The position numbers were made by a program, and so were the translations under genes. This document shows positions 5,576 to 6,301 of a stretch of DNA of 6,301 nt, one piece after another (positions within the stretch are counted from its first letter, which is position 1; every line of letters starts with the position of its first letter). The DNA comes from Candidatus Odinarchaeota archaeon (lineage in GTDB: Archaea > Asgardarchaeota > Odinarchaeia > Odinarchaeales > Odinarchaeaceae): positions 1-6,301 of the forward strand of contig JAWBON010000066.1 of assembly GCA_038826135.1 (NCBI GenBank), in the 5' to 3' direction. The notes under the pieces were generated by a model, which was not told the origin of the DNA, ran no database searches, and saw only the letters and a list, made by a program, of their open reading frames with translations.

Positions 5576-6301
5576 ATGGAGAGAGTTGGAGAAATTGTGC
5601 GCATAACAGGACCGTTAATTACCGCTAAAGGAATCCCCGCTGTTAAAATGTATGAAGTATGTAAAGTAGGGGATAAAGAGCTTATCGGAGAGGTTAACAG
5701 AGTTGAAGGAGACATATGCTACATTCAAGTTTACGAGGAAACAGCCGGCATAAAACCCGGTGAAAAAGTAGTTGGAACCGGTGAACCCCTATCAGTTGAG
5801 CTGGGACCGGGATTAATAGGTCAAATATTTGACGGAATTCAAAGACCACTCCCCCTCATAAAAACAGTATCAGGAGACTTTATAACGAGAGGGATAACAG
5901 TCCCCGCATTAGATAGAGCTAAAAAATGGAAGTTCACGCCCACAGTTAAAAAAGGAGATAAAGTAACAGGCGGAGACCAGCTTGGCACAGTCCCTGAAAC
6001 AACACTGGTCAAACATATAATAATGGTTCCACCCAACATAGAAGGAGATATAACAGAGATCACACCGGAAGGAAACTATACAATAGAAGACACCATAGCT
6101 AAAATAAAAACAAAAGACGGGAAAATAATCCCCCTAAAAATGATGCAGAAATGGCCGGTCAGAAAACCCAGACCATACACAACAAAACTACCAGCGGAAG
6201 TCCCTCTTATAACAGGTCAAAGAATAATAGACACATTCTTCCCCGTTGCTAAAGGCGGCACATCGGGAATACCAGGAGGGTTCGGCACAGGTAAAACGGT
6301 A
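5576..6301 (+). CDS. atpA: A/V-type ATP synthase catalytic subunit A, N-terminal 242 codons (runs off the window; absent from the ORF track)
   Basis: AGGTGA SD at 5564-5569 and ATG 5576. Hand translation gives MERVGEIVRITGP..., IQVYEET, LSVELGPGLIGQIFDGIQRPL, WPVRKPRP, TGQRIIDTFFPVAKGG and Walker A GGFGTGKTV at the edge. Confidence 0.98.
   Translation, partial: MERVGEIVRITGPLITAKGIPAVKMYEVCKVGDKELIGEVNRVEGDICYIQVYEETAGIKPGEKVVGTGEPLSVELGPGLIGQIFDGIQRPLPLIKTVSGDFITRGITVPALDRAKKWKFTPTVKKGDKVTGGDQLGTVPETTLVKHIIMVPPNIEGDITEITPEGNYTIEDTIAKIKTKDGKIIPLKMMQKWPVRKPRPYTTKLPAEVPLITGQRIIDTFFPVAKGGTSGIPGGFGTGKTV

Noticed and set aside
3303-6063. Minus-strand ORFs 3303-3593, 3621-3983, 4190-4570, 5030-5215, 5308-5715 and 5839-6063
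   Set aside because: Antisense shadows of pyrB, pyrI and the ATPase genes; their hydrophobic bias mirrors the A-rich sense strand.
6290-6301. Intein at the P-loop (VMA-b) site of subunit A
   Set aside because: GK is followed directly by TV, so no intein starts here; sites further downstream are outside the window.

Overview
AT-rich archaeal chromosomal segment; the 16S signatures look TACK/Asgard-like but the lineage cannot be fixed from this window. Left to right: the 5' ~660 nt of a 16S rRNA gene (minus strand) with a structured ~257-nt leader and TATA-type promoters; a divergent tRNA-Ala(UGC); a 60-aa dicluster-type ferredoxin; a stand-alone LigD-type 3'-phosphoesterase; a tRNA-His(GUG) split by two introns; a 52-codon membrane-peptide ORF absent from the ORF track, directly before pyrB-pyrI; and the start of an A/V-type ATP synthase cluster in the order H-E-F-A, with A truncated by the window edge. 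The main result is a 36-nt insertion in the helix-8 GAAA tetraloop of the 16S gene. It folds into a bulge-helix-bulge (BHB) motif whose predicted cleavage exactly restores the canonical loop, so it looks like a 16S intron at about E. coli 161/162, a site I do not recall being described. With the tRNA-His introns (37/38 and a strict-BHB 53/54), three short endonuclease-type introns lie within 2 kb. All folds and alignments were done by eye.
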